Virus record (IMG/VR): IMGVR_UViG_3300035682_000022
From: an uncultured virus (IMG/VR IMGVR_UViG_3300035682_000022)
Taxonomy: Duplodnaviria; Heunggongvirae; Uroviricota; Caudoviricetes
Direction: 5' to 3' (one strand)
DNA: 20,000 nt
Under the pieces are notes generated by a model. It saw only the letters and a program-made list of their open reading frames with translations, had not been told where the DNA came from and made no database searches. This document shows positions 1 to 8,864 of this stretch, in pieces. A program made the position numbers and the translations under genes. The number at the start of each line of letters is the position of its first letter. Within the stretch, counting starts at the first letter, position 1.

Positions 1-1
1 T

Positions 2-3000
2 AATAGGCTTGTTTTAGCAGCGGATAGTAATTCCGATGCAATGAATCAAGTGTCTTTTGATCCAGATGATTCAGAGCATTTTGGAATTACACATTACATC
101 CCTGCTGCAGATTCTGAATCGGTTGGTAAGATACCAGCAATATATCAAACCCCAGATGGCGGTTACATATTTGGTCATTCAAATAGTTCTGATGGAAAAT
201 TTTACATAGCTGAAGAAAATGTAAAAAGAGATCCTATTAGCAAAAAAGCAACAGGCACATTAACTACTCAGATATCTGATCCAACTTGCCTAGACAATGA
301 TCCCCAAGAATCGCACACCGGAGTTTCTGGAGCAAAGTCACTAAATAGCTACATGACTACAATAGCACATCCGGGGACCGATAAGATGCAGTCAGCTGCA
401 ACTAATAGTTCAATGGGTAGTCTTGGTAAGCATTGGCAAAAAATGATGATGGACTCTCAATATAGAGATATATCCGGAAGAATGTTAAGAGCTTTTCCAA
501 CCTACATGCTTTGGCTTATAGATGACTCAAACTTCTTTGCTGGCGTAAAATTATTTGATAACTTTTTTGGATTACAATCTGTTATTGATTTCTCGATAGT
601 TCAATCTGAAGACATTCTTGGAGACACATTAGTGTTGAGACTGTCTAACACTTACTCTAAATTAAGCAAGCCAGAGATGACTGTCGCCTCATTGCTTACT
701 GACGGACAAGTATACAATATAGACAAACCAGACTTAACCTCAGGTACCGCAGAGATAGTAGACAAATTATTAACTAGATCTTTTAATCTTAAGTCAAATA
801 TGAATTCTTCTTATATTGTACAAATTAATAATATGAGAATTAAACCAGGAATTAGAATTCACTTAAGAGCTGGATATGGATCTAATCCCAATTCTTTGCA
901 AACAGTTTTTAATGGAATTATTACAGAGGTTGAAACCGGAGAAATAATAACTATAATCTGTCAATCCGATGCAATTGAATTAAGCCCTATCATTAACTCT
1001 ATAAATAAAAAGGGTGATAGTGGAAAAATAGATGGTGGAGTAGATACTGGACTTTGGATGTCAGAGCCAAGAGACTTGATGATACGTCTATTATCAATGG
1101 GAACTTCTAGAACTAAAGAAGCATTTGCTTACGCTACTAGAGGAGCAGTGTTTTCTGAAAACAAATTTGGAATAAGACATTTTGGATCAATTTTATATGA
1201 GCCACTGACTGCAGCTGAAGCAGCAAAATCTCGAGCTTACAAACAGAGCGTAACCAATGCTTTTAATGCAGTTGGCAATAATCCAGTAACTGGAACAATA
1301 GGACTTGCTGGAAATAGCGCAATGAATATTATGACTGGAGGATTGCAAGCAGGGATAAATGGAATTCTTCCTGGAGGTAATCCATTTGGCTCTGTTGGAG
1401 GGATGCAGTCTGCTGGAGGAAGTGTTAGAACACCCGTCGTTGGAGCAATGCAATCTTTGTGGTCAAACTTTAGTACACAAAGAGACTTAGAAATATTCAA
1501 AAGAAACATCTATCCAGGCAACGGCATTGGAATAGCTCAATTTCTGGGCGGAGACTTAGACGATGGATGGACTACAATGGCCAGCCTTGATGAAGCTAAG
1601 ATGATGGATGAAAAGTTTGGATATCTTGATAGACTTTCTGGGTCAAGTTGGTCTAACTTAATACAAGAATCAACCACTTCAACCGATGCCTCTGCAGTTT
1701 TGGAAGCAAGACAGGGTGGTTTAAATTCAATTCCAGAAGAACAAAAAGCAGGCGGAATATCTGGAGCAGTAAAAGGAATCGTTGGAGATAGTAAAACTCA
1801 AATAGTAGCAGCAAGTATAATCAATCCAACATTCGGTGCAGCAGTACTGGGAAGTAAATTGCTACACACAATGGGTGGAAGGGGATTTAAGAGCCTTTTT
1901 GCTACCATGGGACTAACCAATAATACTGATGATGACTTATACGATGAGGTTTCGTTTAGGGCACAAACATATATGAGATCCGTTTGGGATATGTTTCAAA
2001 TGTGTGCACGACTATTGCCAAACTATATTGTAGCAATAAGGCCATTTGAAGATAGATCAACTATATTCTATGGTAAGCCACATTGGCTTTACACATCTGG
2101 AGTAGTTCCTATCTCTACAGGTTTCCCATCAGAAGAGCAAGCTGAAAAAGATGGAGTTAATATACCTGGCTATTCTGGACCAGATTCAGAACTTCATGAT
2201 ATCTTATCTAGAATCAATAAAGAAACTTCTCCGCTTGGAGAAGCTGCAGCAGCTTTGGCACTAAGAGAGTCTAGTATATCTGACGATTTGGCAAGCTTTT
2301 CAAAACAAATGGCAAGTTTTACTGGCATATTTGAAGCAGGCTCTACCAACGGAAATGGTCTTGGTGGGAAGCTTATAGATTTAACCGATGATAAAAGAGC
2401 AGAATATTATAACGCAAACGGCCTAGTTTCAAAATTGCCAAAAATAAAAGGTAAAACTCAAGTTGGTTTTCATTTACCATTTGGACAGTCCGGCATAGAA
2501 AGAGGAATACAAGAAGATCACCAACAGGTTGGGCAGCTTCCAATAAGATTTAGATATCCATTCTTTACAGATAGAACAACTGGCACATTGCAATCTCTTG
2601 ACTTTGACAAAATTATTAAAATAGACAGTTTACAAGACGTACAAGATAGAATGTCTAATATAGTTAATATTTCATTAGTAGAAAAATCTCTACTTGATCA
2701 AGAGGGAAGCTCTGGAGATACAGCCTTAGTTACTACAAAGGGCGACGTTAAGAGTTTAGATTTTAATTTTTCTTTCGCCAATAAGCTTAAGTCAATGGGA
2801 TTAGACGAGATACTCAAGAACAGTGCGGCATTTGATCCATCTGGGCTCAACACAAATAGCATTAGTGGAATATCTGCATCGCAAGTTATAACGATGCCAC
2901 TGCCAATAGCTAGACGAGGAGCATCTGACATTACCTTTGCAAATGGTAGAGTACAATTATCAGAAACTTATAAAGATTTTTATTTTGATTTAGATCCTGC

Positions 3001-6000
3001 ATACAAAGACTCCTACGATCCAAGCACTGAGTTAACTTTTGCTGAGTGGGGTATGCCCAAAGATGCTTTGCACGAACAATTCTATATTGCTATGAAATGG
3101 CCATATAAGGCAGGCGAAGCAGGAAGTAAAGCAAGGGAAGCTTTTAACAGCGCCTATAACTTTACTGACGGAGATTTAGTTGGGACCGCTGCAGATTATA
3201 AGAAAAGAAAAGTTTTAGTTTATAATGAAAATACAAAACAAGCAGTAGTATGTGCACCAGCATATTTCCTTTGGGGAGCAACAGATATAGACGCTATTGT
3301 TTCTCCAGATGCTGCCTACTTCTTGGGTCTTTTGATAAAAGACAATGGAAAGATTGTTTTTCCATCAGAAAATTTACCAGATAAATTAAATAATGATACT
3401 CAACTTAGAGCCGACAATGATAAACAGTATGACACAATTGGTGCACAAGAACTAGATCTTGTAGATTGCAGATTTACTTTTGTGCCAGACTCAACTCCAC
3501 TGGGAGTCGTAACAACTTCCATGAACCAAGCTAAAACATTTACTCTTAAAAGTTTAGACAGAAGAAGCAGTGATAGCACTGATACGCCGGATAAAGACAA
3601 TCAAATGATAATAGGTTTTGGATCCTTTAGAAGTGTTGAAGATAGACAAAACCCAGACAGAACAGGTCCAGAAGCAAATGATTTACCAGCTATAGGAAAA
3701 AGCTTTATATCTAAGGATAGATCTGGAGTTGGAATTAGGCCATCTTTTGTTTATAGTATTGATGATACATTGGCTTTAAGGACAGTAGCAGAAATGCAAG
3801 AGTTCTTGTCCAGTGGCGGAAACTATACGCAATATTTTGACAGTGTAGCAAATGCTAATTACGATGACCTAAAGCAAGATACTCTAAGAGACAAAAGAGA
3901 ACAAGATAAAAAAGCAACAAAAGAATCAGGAGATAAAACTTTTACTCATTTTTCTGCTATATATGACATAATAGATACCACATCTATCCAAGCAAGGTCT
4001 ATGTTTGATGAAAAGTTTGACTCAGAAGTTAAAGTTATAGCTGGAAACGGAAGAACAGTTGGCGAAGCTCAAAACATTTGGGATCAATTTAGAATTGGAT
4101 ATCATAATTATTCTTCAACAAAAAATATATGGAAAGCTATATATAATTTAGATCCAGATGATGATAAAGAATCAACTGATATGATATTCCAATTGTTAAG
4201 TAGCAAAACGGAAAACTTTTTGCAAGACTTCAACGTCAGCAAAGGGAATGGAGGCTCAAGAGAATTTGAAACTTTGCTGGGGGCTGACTGGGTAAATAAA
4301 AATTCCTCAAGAGTAGAAGCTGTAGATGTTGCAATTAAAGAATATGTCAACCAAGGCTTTGATGGATATGATGAAAATTCAAAGCCAATAATCAATGAAG
4401 GAAAAGGTTTAACTGACGCATTAAATGCTTTGGTATACAAAAAAGTTGCTGGCATTAAATCTACTGTAGAGCAATATGCGAGGATGTATCTATTCAGTGA
4501 AGCAAAAGCAAAGGCAGCAGCCGGTTCTACTACATCACCAACTCCTACTACGACCACTGCTCCAGCATCAGCAGCAGACTTTAGAAGAATTGAAGAAGCC
4601 TCAAAAAACAATCCTAACTTTGATTTTGATACGCAAATTACTGAAGACCAAGTAGAAGAATATTTGGCAAAAATAAAAACTCCTAAGCAGTTGTACCTAT
4701 TAATGGTTGGAGTCTTTAGACAAAAGATGTGGCAAGATCCATATGCAAGAGCGTGGTTAGTCTTAAGACCAGACAAAAAACGAGTTGGAGCAACAGGTGC
4801 TAAAATAGGTTCAGGTGTAGCGCCTGCAATAGCTGGAGCAGTTGGAGGGGACACCGCTAGAATTGTAGCAACAGTTGGAAGCCCTGTAGCAGTAGTCGGT
4901 GCTGTCGGAGGTGCCGTTGTAGAGTCCGTTGGATCTTGGCTGCTTGGTGGAGATGATGACGATTGGAGTTTTAGGCCAGTCGATGTAATCTGGCAAGCCT
5001 TTATAGACTATGATGTTAACTACGCATCAGATAGTGGTGCATTTACTAAGCTATTGCAAAAACACGCTAAAGAAGGAAACAGTGCATCAAACTTCTTTAC
5101 AGGGTTGAAGACAGATATTAATAACTTTTGGGACAGAAACATAGGGCCTATATATAATGCCTTTACATCTGCTCTTGGCGGGCTTATGAACATGTTTCAA
5201 ATGTCAATGCAACAAATGGGATATGGTTTAACTCAACTAGAAAACTTTACTCAACAAGCTAATATATTAAATAAAGCTTATAATGATTCAATTTATTATT
5301 CCATGGGCAGACCAGGCACGCTTTTAAGGGCAGTCGATAATCCATTCACCAGAGAGTATGGAGAGCCAGTTGTAGAAGTCAGAGAACCATTCCAAAGAAT
5401 ACATTACATTAGTTCTTTCACGCATATACTTTCTAATACTATAAAAGAAAATATAGGAAACGTTGCTACTCAAATAACTGCAGTTTCAGATGGAAAGTAT
5501 CCGGTAACTGTAGCATTAGATAAAGCAGCTCCGCCTGAAAGGCAAGTTGAGAAAACTGTAGAAACAGGAATATTTTTTGATAACCTCAAGGGTTCAGGAA
5601 TAACTGGAATTCTTCATCCTATTATGCATCCAATGGAAACATTTAGAGGAATAGCAAAATCAGCTTCAGGTGAACCAGATGAGCTAACAGCAAAGAGGGT
5701 AGCACTCTCACATTTGAAAGAATCATTAAAAGATATTTATGGTGGAGAGTTAATAGTTATAGGTAATGCAGACATAAGACCATTTGACCTTGTGTATCTA
5801 GCAGACGTTTATGAAAGAATGTATGGAATATTTGAAGTAGAACAAGTAGTCCATCACTTCACACCTCAAATGGGATTTGTAACTTCTATTACTCCAAATG
5901 CATTTGTAACAGTTAACGATCCAGCAAGATGGTTTATGTCATCTTGGATATCAGGACACTTTAGTATGCAAGATTTAAGAAATAGCTCAAGGTTCTTACT

Positions 6001-7654
6001 TGGTAACCCATCTAGCAATTCTCTACTAACTACAAATGGTGATGTATCTGTTGACTCATTGTCTCAAAGTCTAAAGACGCAGCTAACAGGTGCCATGCAA
6101 TATACTCACGGACACTCTGCTTTGGTTAAAGACATTATGGCTAACCAAGCTGCAGAGCAATTGCCAAGTGCAAGAGAAAGACTAGAAGCGTTATCTAAAG
6201 CAAACACTGGTAGACAAGCAGGATCTACTGGAATGGCTGTCTTTAGTGCTCTCGCAATGCCAGTAATATCAGCTGGCGTCATAGCTGTAGCAGGTGTAGT
6301 TTCTGGTGGTACGGCGGCTGGAGTTGCTGCTGGAGGAATGGCGTTGTTAAGTGACGGAATCTGGAATGGTTGGAAGAAGATTAGAGATAATGTTTTGGAT
6401 CAACACGGATGTTATATTCAGTACTTAAATAAAAACGGTCAACCAATGGATGCTGGGCTATCCTTTAATCAAGGCATGGTAGTCGGTAGGTATCATTCTA
6501 TAAAAATACTTCCAGGAATTTTGGGAGTTAGGTCTAATACTCGTTCTGCAGAAGGCAACTTATACATTAGAAGTGATGATCTACTTAAAAGTATGGGTTG
6601 GAGAGAAAAAGAAATTGGAAGCTTAATCAGGCATATAAGTCTTGAAAATGCAATTGTTCATTCTCAAATTTTAAAGTATTCTGGAATTGGCCCAGATAAA
6701 ACTGAATTAAACGAATCCTTCAAAGCAATAGTCAAAGTTACGCATGTTAAAGACGGTGACACTTTCGAAGTACAAGATGTTATATTTGGCGGAGAAGCAT
6801 CAGCAAATACTTATACAGTTAGATTTGACGGAATAAACGCAGCTGAATTAGTTAAATTTGGAACAGGTAACACTAGTGATGGAACAAAAACGGCGTTTAT
6901 CAATGAAAACTCTTCTGCAGGAAAGGCTATGAACTATGTTCAGCAAGCAGTCAAAGGCAAACTTATAGTTCTAAGAATCAATCCAAAAGATCCATCTAAA
7001 ATAATAACTACCGATAATGCTTATGAACCCGGATCAGAACAAAATATACCATCTAACTACACATCTGCATATAAATCTGGAAGCTACGCAAATGCCGAAG
7101 ATAGATATATGGCTACAGTCTTTTCTACAACAGATTCAAATGTTTATCAAAACTTAATTCAAGAACTTAGAAGTATATTTATTGCACAACAAAATACACA
7201 ATTTGTTGTAGACTTTAAAGAAACTATTAAAGAAAATGTAAGAAAAAAATTCTATCAAGATTCAATAATGTTTATTAATTTTAATAAAATTTATGCATCG
7301 CTTGATGGAATGACAGATTTGTTAGAACATTTTGTTAAGGCCGGAGATTCCGATCCTCTTGATTCCATGACCTTAGAAGAAAAGAAACTATTTAATGTTT
7401 TAATGAATGTTCTGATAACTAATGAACTGTACGAAACAGCTTCTGAATGGCCAGTTGTATCTTGGGATGAGTACCATGAAGATGGAAGACCAGTTACTCT
7501 TAACTGGGAATTGATAGCTTCAGGCCTAGCACAAGTTTATATGACAGGAACTCAGTACCAACAGAAATCAGTAGAAACGCCAAAGGACTATATGCCTCAA
7601 CTTAATCCAGTTTCTGAGTATACAGTCGGAGGAGGAGGTAAGTATGTCAGGTGA
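2..7654 (+). CDS. Giant tail-tip/baseplate hub-like protein (gp27/gpD-like segments) with C-terminal SNase-like domain; 5'-truncated, >=2550 aa
   Basis: The frame of the 41..7654 ORF is open back to base 2 (NRLVLAADSNSDA-M), so the true start probably lies upstream of the window. Hub-like segments: IKPGIRIHLRAGYGSN..LQTVFNGIITEV..QSDAIEL (~833-983), SVWDMFQMCARLLPNYIVAIRPFEDRSTIFYGKP (~1979-2080), GELIVIGNADIRPFDLVYLAD..GIFEVEQVVHHF..GFVTSITP (~5744-5897). Sits upstream of lysin, spike, gp25 and gpJ genes. Confidence 0.72.
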   Translation, partial: NRLVLAADSNSDAMNQVSFDPDDSEHFGITHYIPAADSESVGKIPAIYQTPDGGYIFGHSNSSDGKFYIAEENVKRDPISKKATGTLTTQISDPTCLDNDPQESHTGVSGAKSLNSYMTTIAHPGTDKMQSAATNSSMGSLGKHWQKMMMDSQYRDISGRMLRAFPTYMLWLIDDSNFFAGVKLFDNFFGLQSVIDFSIVQSEDILGDTLVLRLSNTYSKLSKPEMTVASLLTDGQVYNIDKPDLTSGTAEIVDKLLTRSFNLKSNMNSSYIVQINNMRIKPGIRIHLRAGYGSNPNSLQTVFNGIITEVETGEIITIICQSDAIELSPIINSINKKGDSGKIDGGVDTGLWMSEPRDLMIRLLSMGTSRTKEAFAYATRGAVFSENKFGIRHFGSILYEPLTAAEAAKSRAYKQSVTNAFNAVGNNPVTGTIGLAGNSAMNIMTGGLQAGINGILPGGNPFGSVGGMQSAGGSVRTPVVGAMQSLWSNFSTQRDLEIFKRNIYPGNGIGIAQFLGGDLDDGWTTMASLDEAKMMDEKFGYLDRLSGSSWSNLIQESTTSTDASAVLEARQGGLNSIPEEQKAGGISGAVKGIVGDSKTQIVAASIINPTFGAAVLGSKLLHTMGGRGFKSLFATMGLTNNTDDDLYDEVSFRAQTYMRSVWDMFQMCARLLPNYIVAIRPFEDRSTIFYGKPHWLYTSGVVPISTGFPSEEQAEKDGVNIPGYSGPDSELHDILSRINKETSPLGEAAAALALRESSISDDLASFSKQMASFTGIFEAGSTNGNGLGGKLIDLTDDKRAEYYNANGLVSKLPKIKGKTQVGFHLPFGQSGIERGIQEDHQQVGQLPIRFRYPFFTDRTTGTLQSLDFDKIIKIDSLQDVQDRMSNIVNISLVEKSLLDQEGSSGDTALVTTKGDVKSLDFNFSFANKLKSMGLDEILKNSAAFDPSGLNTNSISGISASQVITMPLPIARRGASDITFANGRVQLSETYKDFYFDLDPAYKDSYDPSTELTFAEWGMPKDALHEQFYIAMKWPYKAGEAGSKAREAFNSAYNFTDGDLVGTAADYKKRKVLVYNENTKQAVVCAPAYFLWGATDIDAIVSPDAAYFLGLLIKDNGKIVFPSENLPDKLNNDTQLRADNDKQYDTIGAQELDLVDCRFTFVPDSTPLGVVTTSMNQAKTFTLKSLDRRSSDSTDTPDKDNQMIIGFGSFRSVEDRQNPDRTGPEANDLPAIGKSFISKDRSGVGIRPSFVYSIDDTLALRTVAEMQEFLSSGGNYTQYFDSVANANYDDLKQDTLRDKREQDKKATKESGDKTFTHFSAIYDIIDTTSIQARSMFDEKFDSEVKVIAGNGRTVGEAQNIWDQFRIGYHNYSSTKNIWKAIYNLDPDDDKESTDMIFQLLSSKTENFLQDFNVSKGNGGSREFETLLGADWVNKNSSRVEAVDVAIKEYVNQGFDGYDENSKPIINEGKGLTDALNALVYKKVAGIKSTVEQYARMYLFSEAKAKAAAGSTTSPTPTTTTAPASAADFRRIEEASKNNPNFDFDTQITEDQVEEYLAKIKTPKQLYLLMVGVFRQKMWQDPYARAWLVLRPDKKRVGATGAKIGSGVAPAIAGAVGGDTARIVATVGSPVAVVGAVGGAVVESVGSWLLGGDDDDWSFRPVDVIWQAFIDYDVNYASDSGAFTKLLQKHAKEGNSASNFFTGLKTDINNFWDRNIGPIYNAFTSALGGLMNMFQMSMQQMGYGLTQLENFTQQANILNKAYNDSIYYSMGRPGTLLRAVDNPFTREYGEPVVEVREPFQRIHYISSFTHILSNTIKENIGNVATQITAVSDGKYPVTVALDKAAPPERQVEKTVETGIFFDNLKGSGITGILHPIMHPMETFRGIAKSASGEPDELTAKRVALSHLKESLKDIYGGELIVIGNADIRPFDLVYLADVYERMYGIFEVEQVVHHFTPQMGFVTSITPNAFVTVNDPARWFMSSWISGHFSMQDLRNSSRFLLGNPSSNSLLTTNGDVSVDSLSQSLKTQLTGAMQYTHGHSALVKDIMANQAAEQLPSARERLEALSKANTGRQAGSTGMAVFSALAMPVISAGVIAVAGVVSGGTAAGVAAGGMALLSDGIWNGWKKIRDNVLDQHGCYIQYLNKNGQPMDAGLSFNQGMVVGRYHSIKILPGILGVRSNTRSAEGNLYIRSDDLLKSMGWREKEIGSLIRHISLENAIVHSQILKYSGIGPDKTELNESFKAIVKVTHVKDGDTFEVQDVIFGGEASANTYTVRFDGINAAELVKFGTGNTSDGTKTAFINENSSAGKAMNYVQQAVKGKLIVLRINPKDPSKIITTDNAYEPGSEQNIPSNYTSAYKSGSYANAEDRYMATVFSTTDSNVYQNLIQELRSIFIAQQNTQFVVDFKETIKENVRKKFYQDSIMFINFNKIYASLDGMTDLLEHFVKAGDSDPLDSMTLEEKKLFNVLMNVLITNELYETASEWPVVSWDEYHEDGRPVTLNWELIASGLAQVYMTGTQYQQKSVETPKDYMPQLNPVSEYTVGGGGKYVR
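6725..7540 (+). other. SNase (thermonuclease)-like domain within the giant ORF, interrupted by insertions
   Basis: SNase motifs in canonical order: VKVTHVKDGDTFEV (DGDT at 6752-6763), TVRFDGINAAEL, helix AGKAMNYVQQAVKGKLIVLRI, DRYMATVF (7100-7123), LNWELIASGLAQVY (ends 7540). Confidence 0.8.
7628..7639 (+). promoter_or_regulatory. Strong Shine-Dalgarno for the 7644 ORF (11-nt gene overlap)
   Basis: GGAGGAGGAGGT, then AAGT, then ATG at 7644. The same bases encode GGGG at the end of the upstream ORF, which stops at 7654. Confidence 0.75.
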
Positions 7655-8864
7655 TATCAATCTTAATGTTGATGATCTAAATAATTCTCAGTCTAGTGCA
7701 ACAAAAATATCTGAAACATTTTATCCAAATGGAAAACCAACCTACACCAATACTACCCAATCTAGAGAAGACTTAACTGGCAAGACTTTAACATCTTCAG
7801 ATCCATTAAAAGTTATTCAGGGTGAAGGCATCTATCGCAATCCTGCTTTTGCAATAAATGGATACATACAAAACGTGCAGTCCTCTTTGCACGGCATAAT
7901 ATCCATGGCTGGAGATATAGATGACAACGTAAAGATAATTGACCCCAACAATCCGGATGCAAATACGTATTTAACTGGAGCAGATGCAAGACAAGAAATT
8001 GCAAAACAATCCTTGATGACGACTGGTTATGCACCTGGTGGATTTAGTTCGGCCATGGATGCTGTTATAAATTCAAAATCAGCTACTGACTCTGGATCTG
8101 CTGCAGGTGGAACAAATTCTAGTACAGGTACTGTAACGGGATCTCAAGGAGAGGCGTTAGCGCATAGTCTTCAGGGTTATGTCCTATCTACGGATGCTGA
8201 AGCGTACAACGGTGGATCAAGAGCAATAGCTGTAGTAGATCAATTGTCAGAACAAGAAAAACAAGAGTATGCTAAAAAATTAAAAGAACTAAATAATAAA
8301 GCTAATTTTGATGCAAATTTCTATGATTTTAATTTAGACTTTGATACAAATTCAGAAAAACAAGATCTTAAAACATTAGGATTCGACATTGTTCAAGGTG
8401 GAGGATATACAGCAGATGGAACAGGTAAATTAGGTTCGGTTACAATTGATAAAACATTATTAGGAACTGGCAAAAAATTATGTAAAGTTTCTGCAGCATT
8501 AATAGAATTAATGTCACAGCTGACAAACAGCTTGCACATTAGAGGCGGACAAGGTACCGAAAGAGGTATCATAGGTAATAATTTTAAAGCATTGACTAGT
8601 GAAGATTTAGGCAATACCAATAGCGTTAGCGACCATGCTTTTGGTAGAGGATTTGACATAATGGGATTAGGCGTAAGTAAAGCTCAAGAAATAACTTTAG
8701 GAAAAAACAATTTTGTAGCTAAAAAAGTTGACTACATGAAAGCGTTAGATCTTCTTCTAACTCACATGCAAACGCTTTCTTATGATCTCCATCCAGATTT
8801 AATAATGATTAGCAATGAAATCAGTGCAGAGTTAGGATTAAAGGATAGCCGGACTAGAAGATAA
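7644..8864 (+). CDS. Fragment 1 of tail lysin: N-terminal region plus first half of M15-like peptidase
   Basis: 406-aa ORF with a strong RBS. Contains SDHAFGRGFDI but ends before the HxH zinc ligand. Confidence 0.6.
   Translation: MSGDINLNVDDLNNSQSSATKISETFYPNGKPTYTNTTQSREDLTGKTLTSSDPLKVIQGEGIYRNPAFAINGYIQNVQSSLHGIISMAGDIDDNVKIIDPNNPDANTYLTGADARQEIAKQSLMTTGYAPGGFSSAMDAVINSKSATDSGSAAGGTNSSTGTVTGSQGEALAHSLQGYVLSTDAEAYNGGSRAIAVVDQLSEQEKQEYAKKLKELNNKANFDANFYDFNLDFDTNSEKQDLKTLGFDIVQGGGYTADGTGKLGSVTIDKTLLGTGKKLCKVSAALIELMSQLTNSLHIRGGQGTERGIIGNNFKALTSEDLGNTNSVSDHAFGRGFDIMGLGVSKAQEITLGKNNFVAKKVDYMKALDLLLTHMQTLSYDLHPDLIMISNEISAELGLKDSRTRR

Noticed and set aside
4502..4576. Ala/Thr/Pro-rich tract AKAKAAAGSTTSPTPTTTTAPASAA
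   Set aside because: Ordinary low-complexity linker with no exact DNA repeat.
4108..4854. 248-aa minus-strand ORF
   Set aside because: Entirely antisense to the giant ORF in codon register, with no recognisable motifs; typical shadow ORF.
2080..5390. Intein or homing endonuclease as source of the giant ORF insertions
   Set aside because: No intein splice-junction motifs with Hint blocks, and no LAGLIDADG or HNH motifs were recognised.
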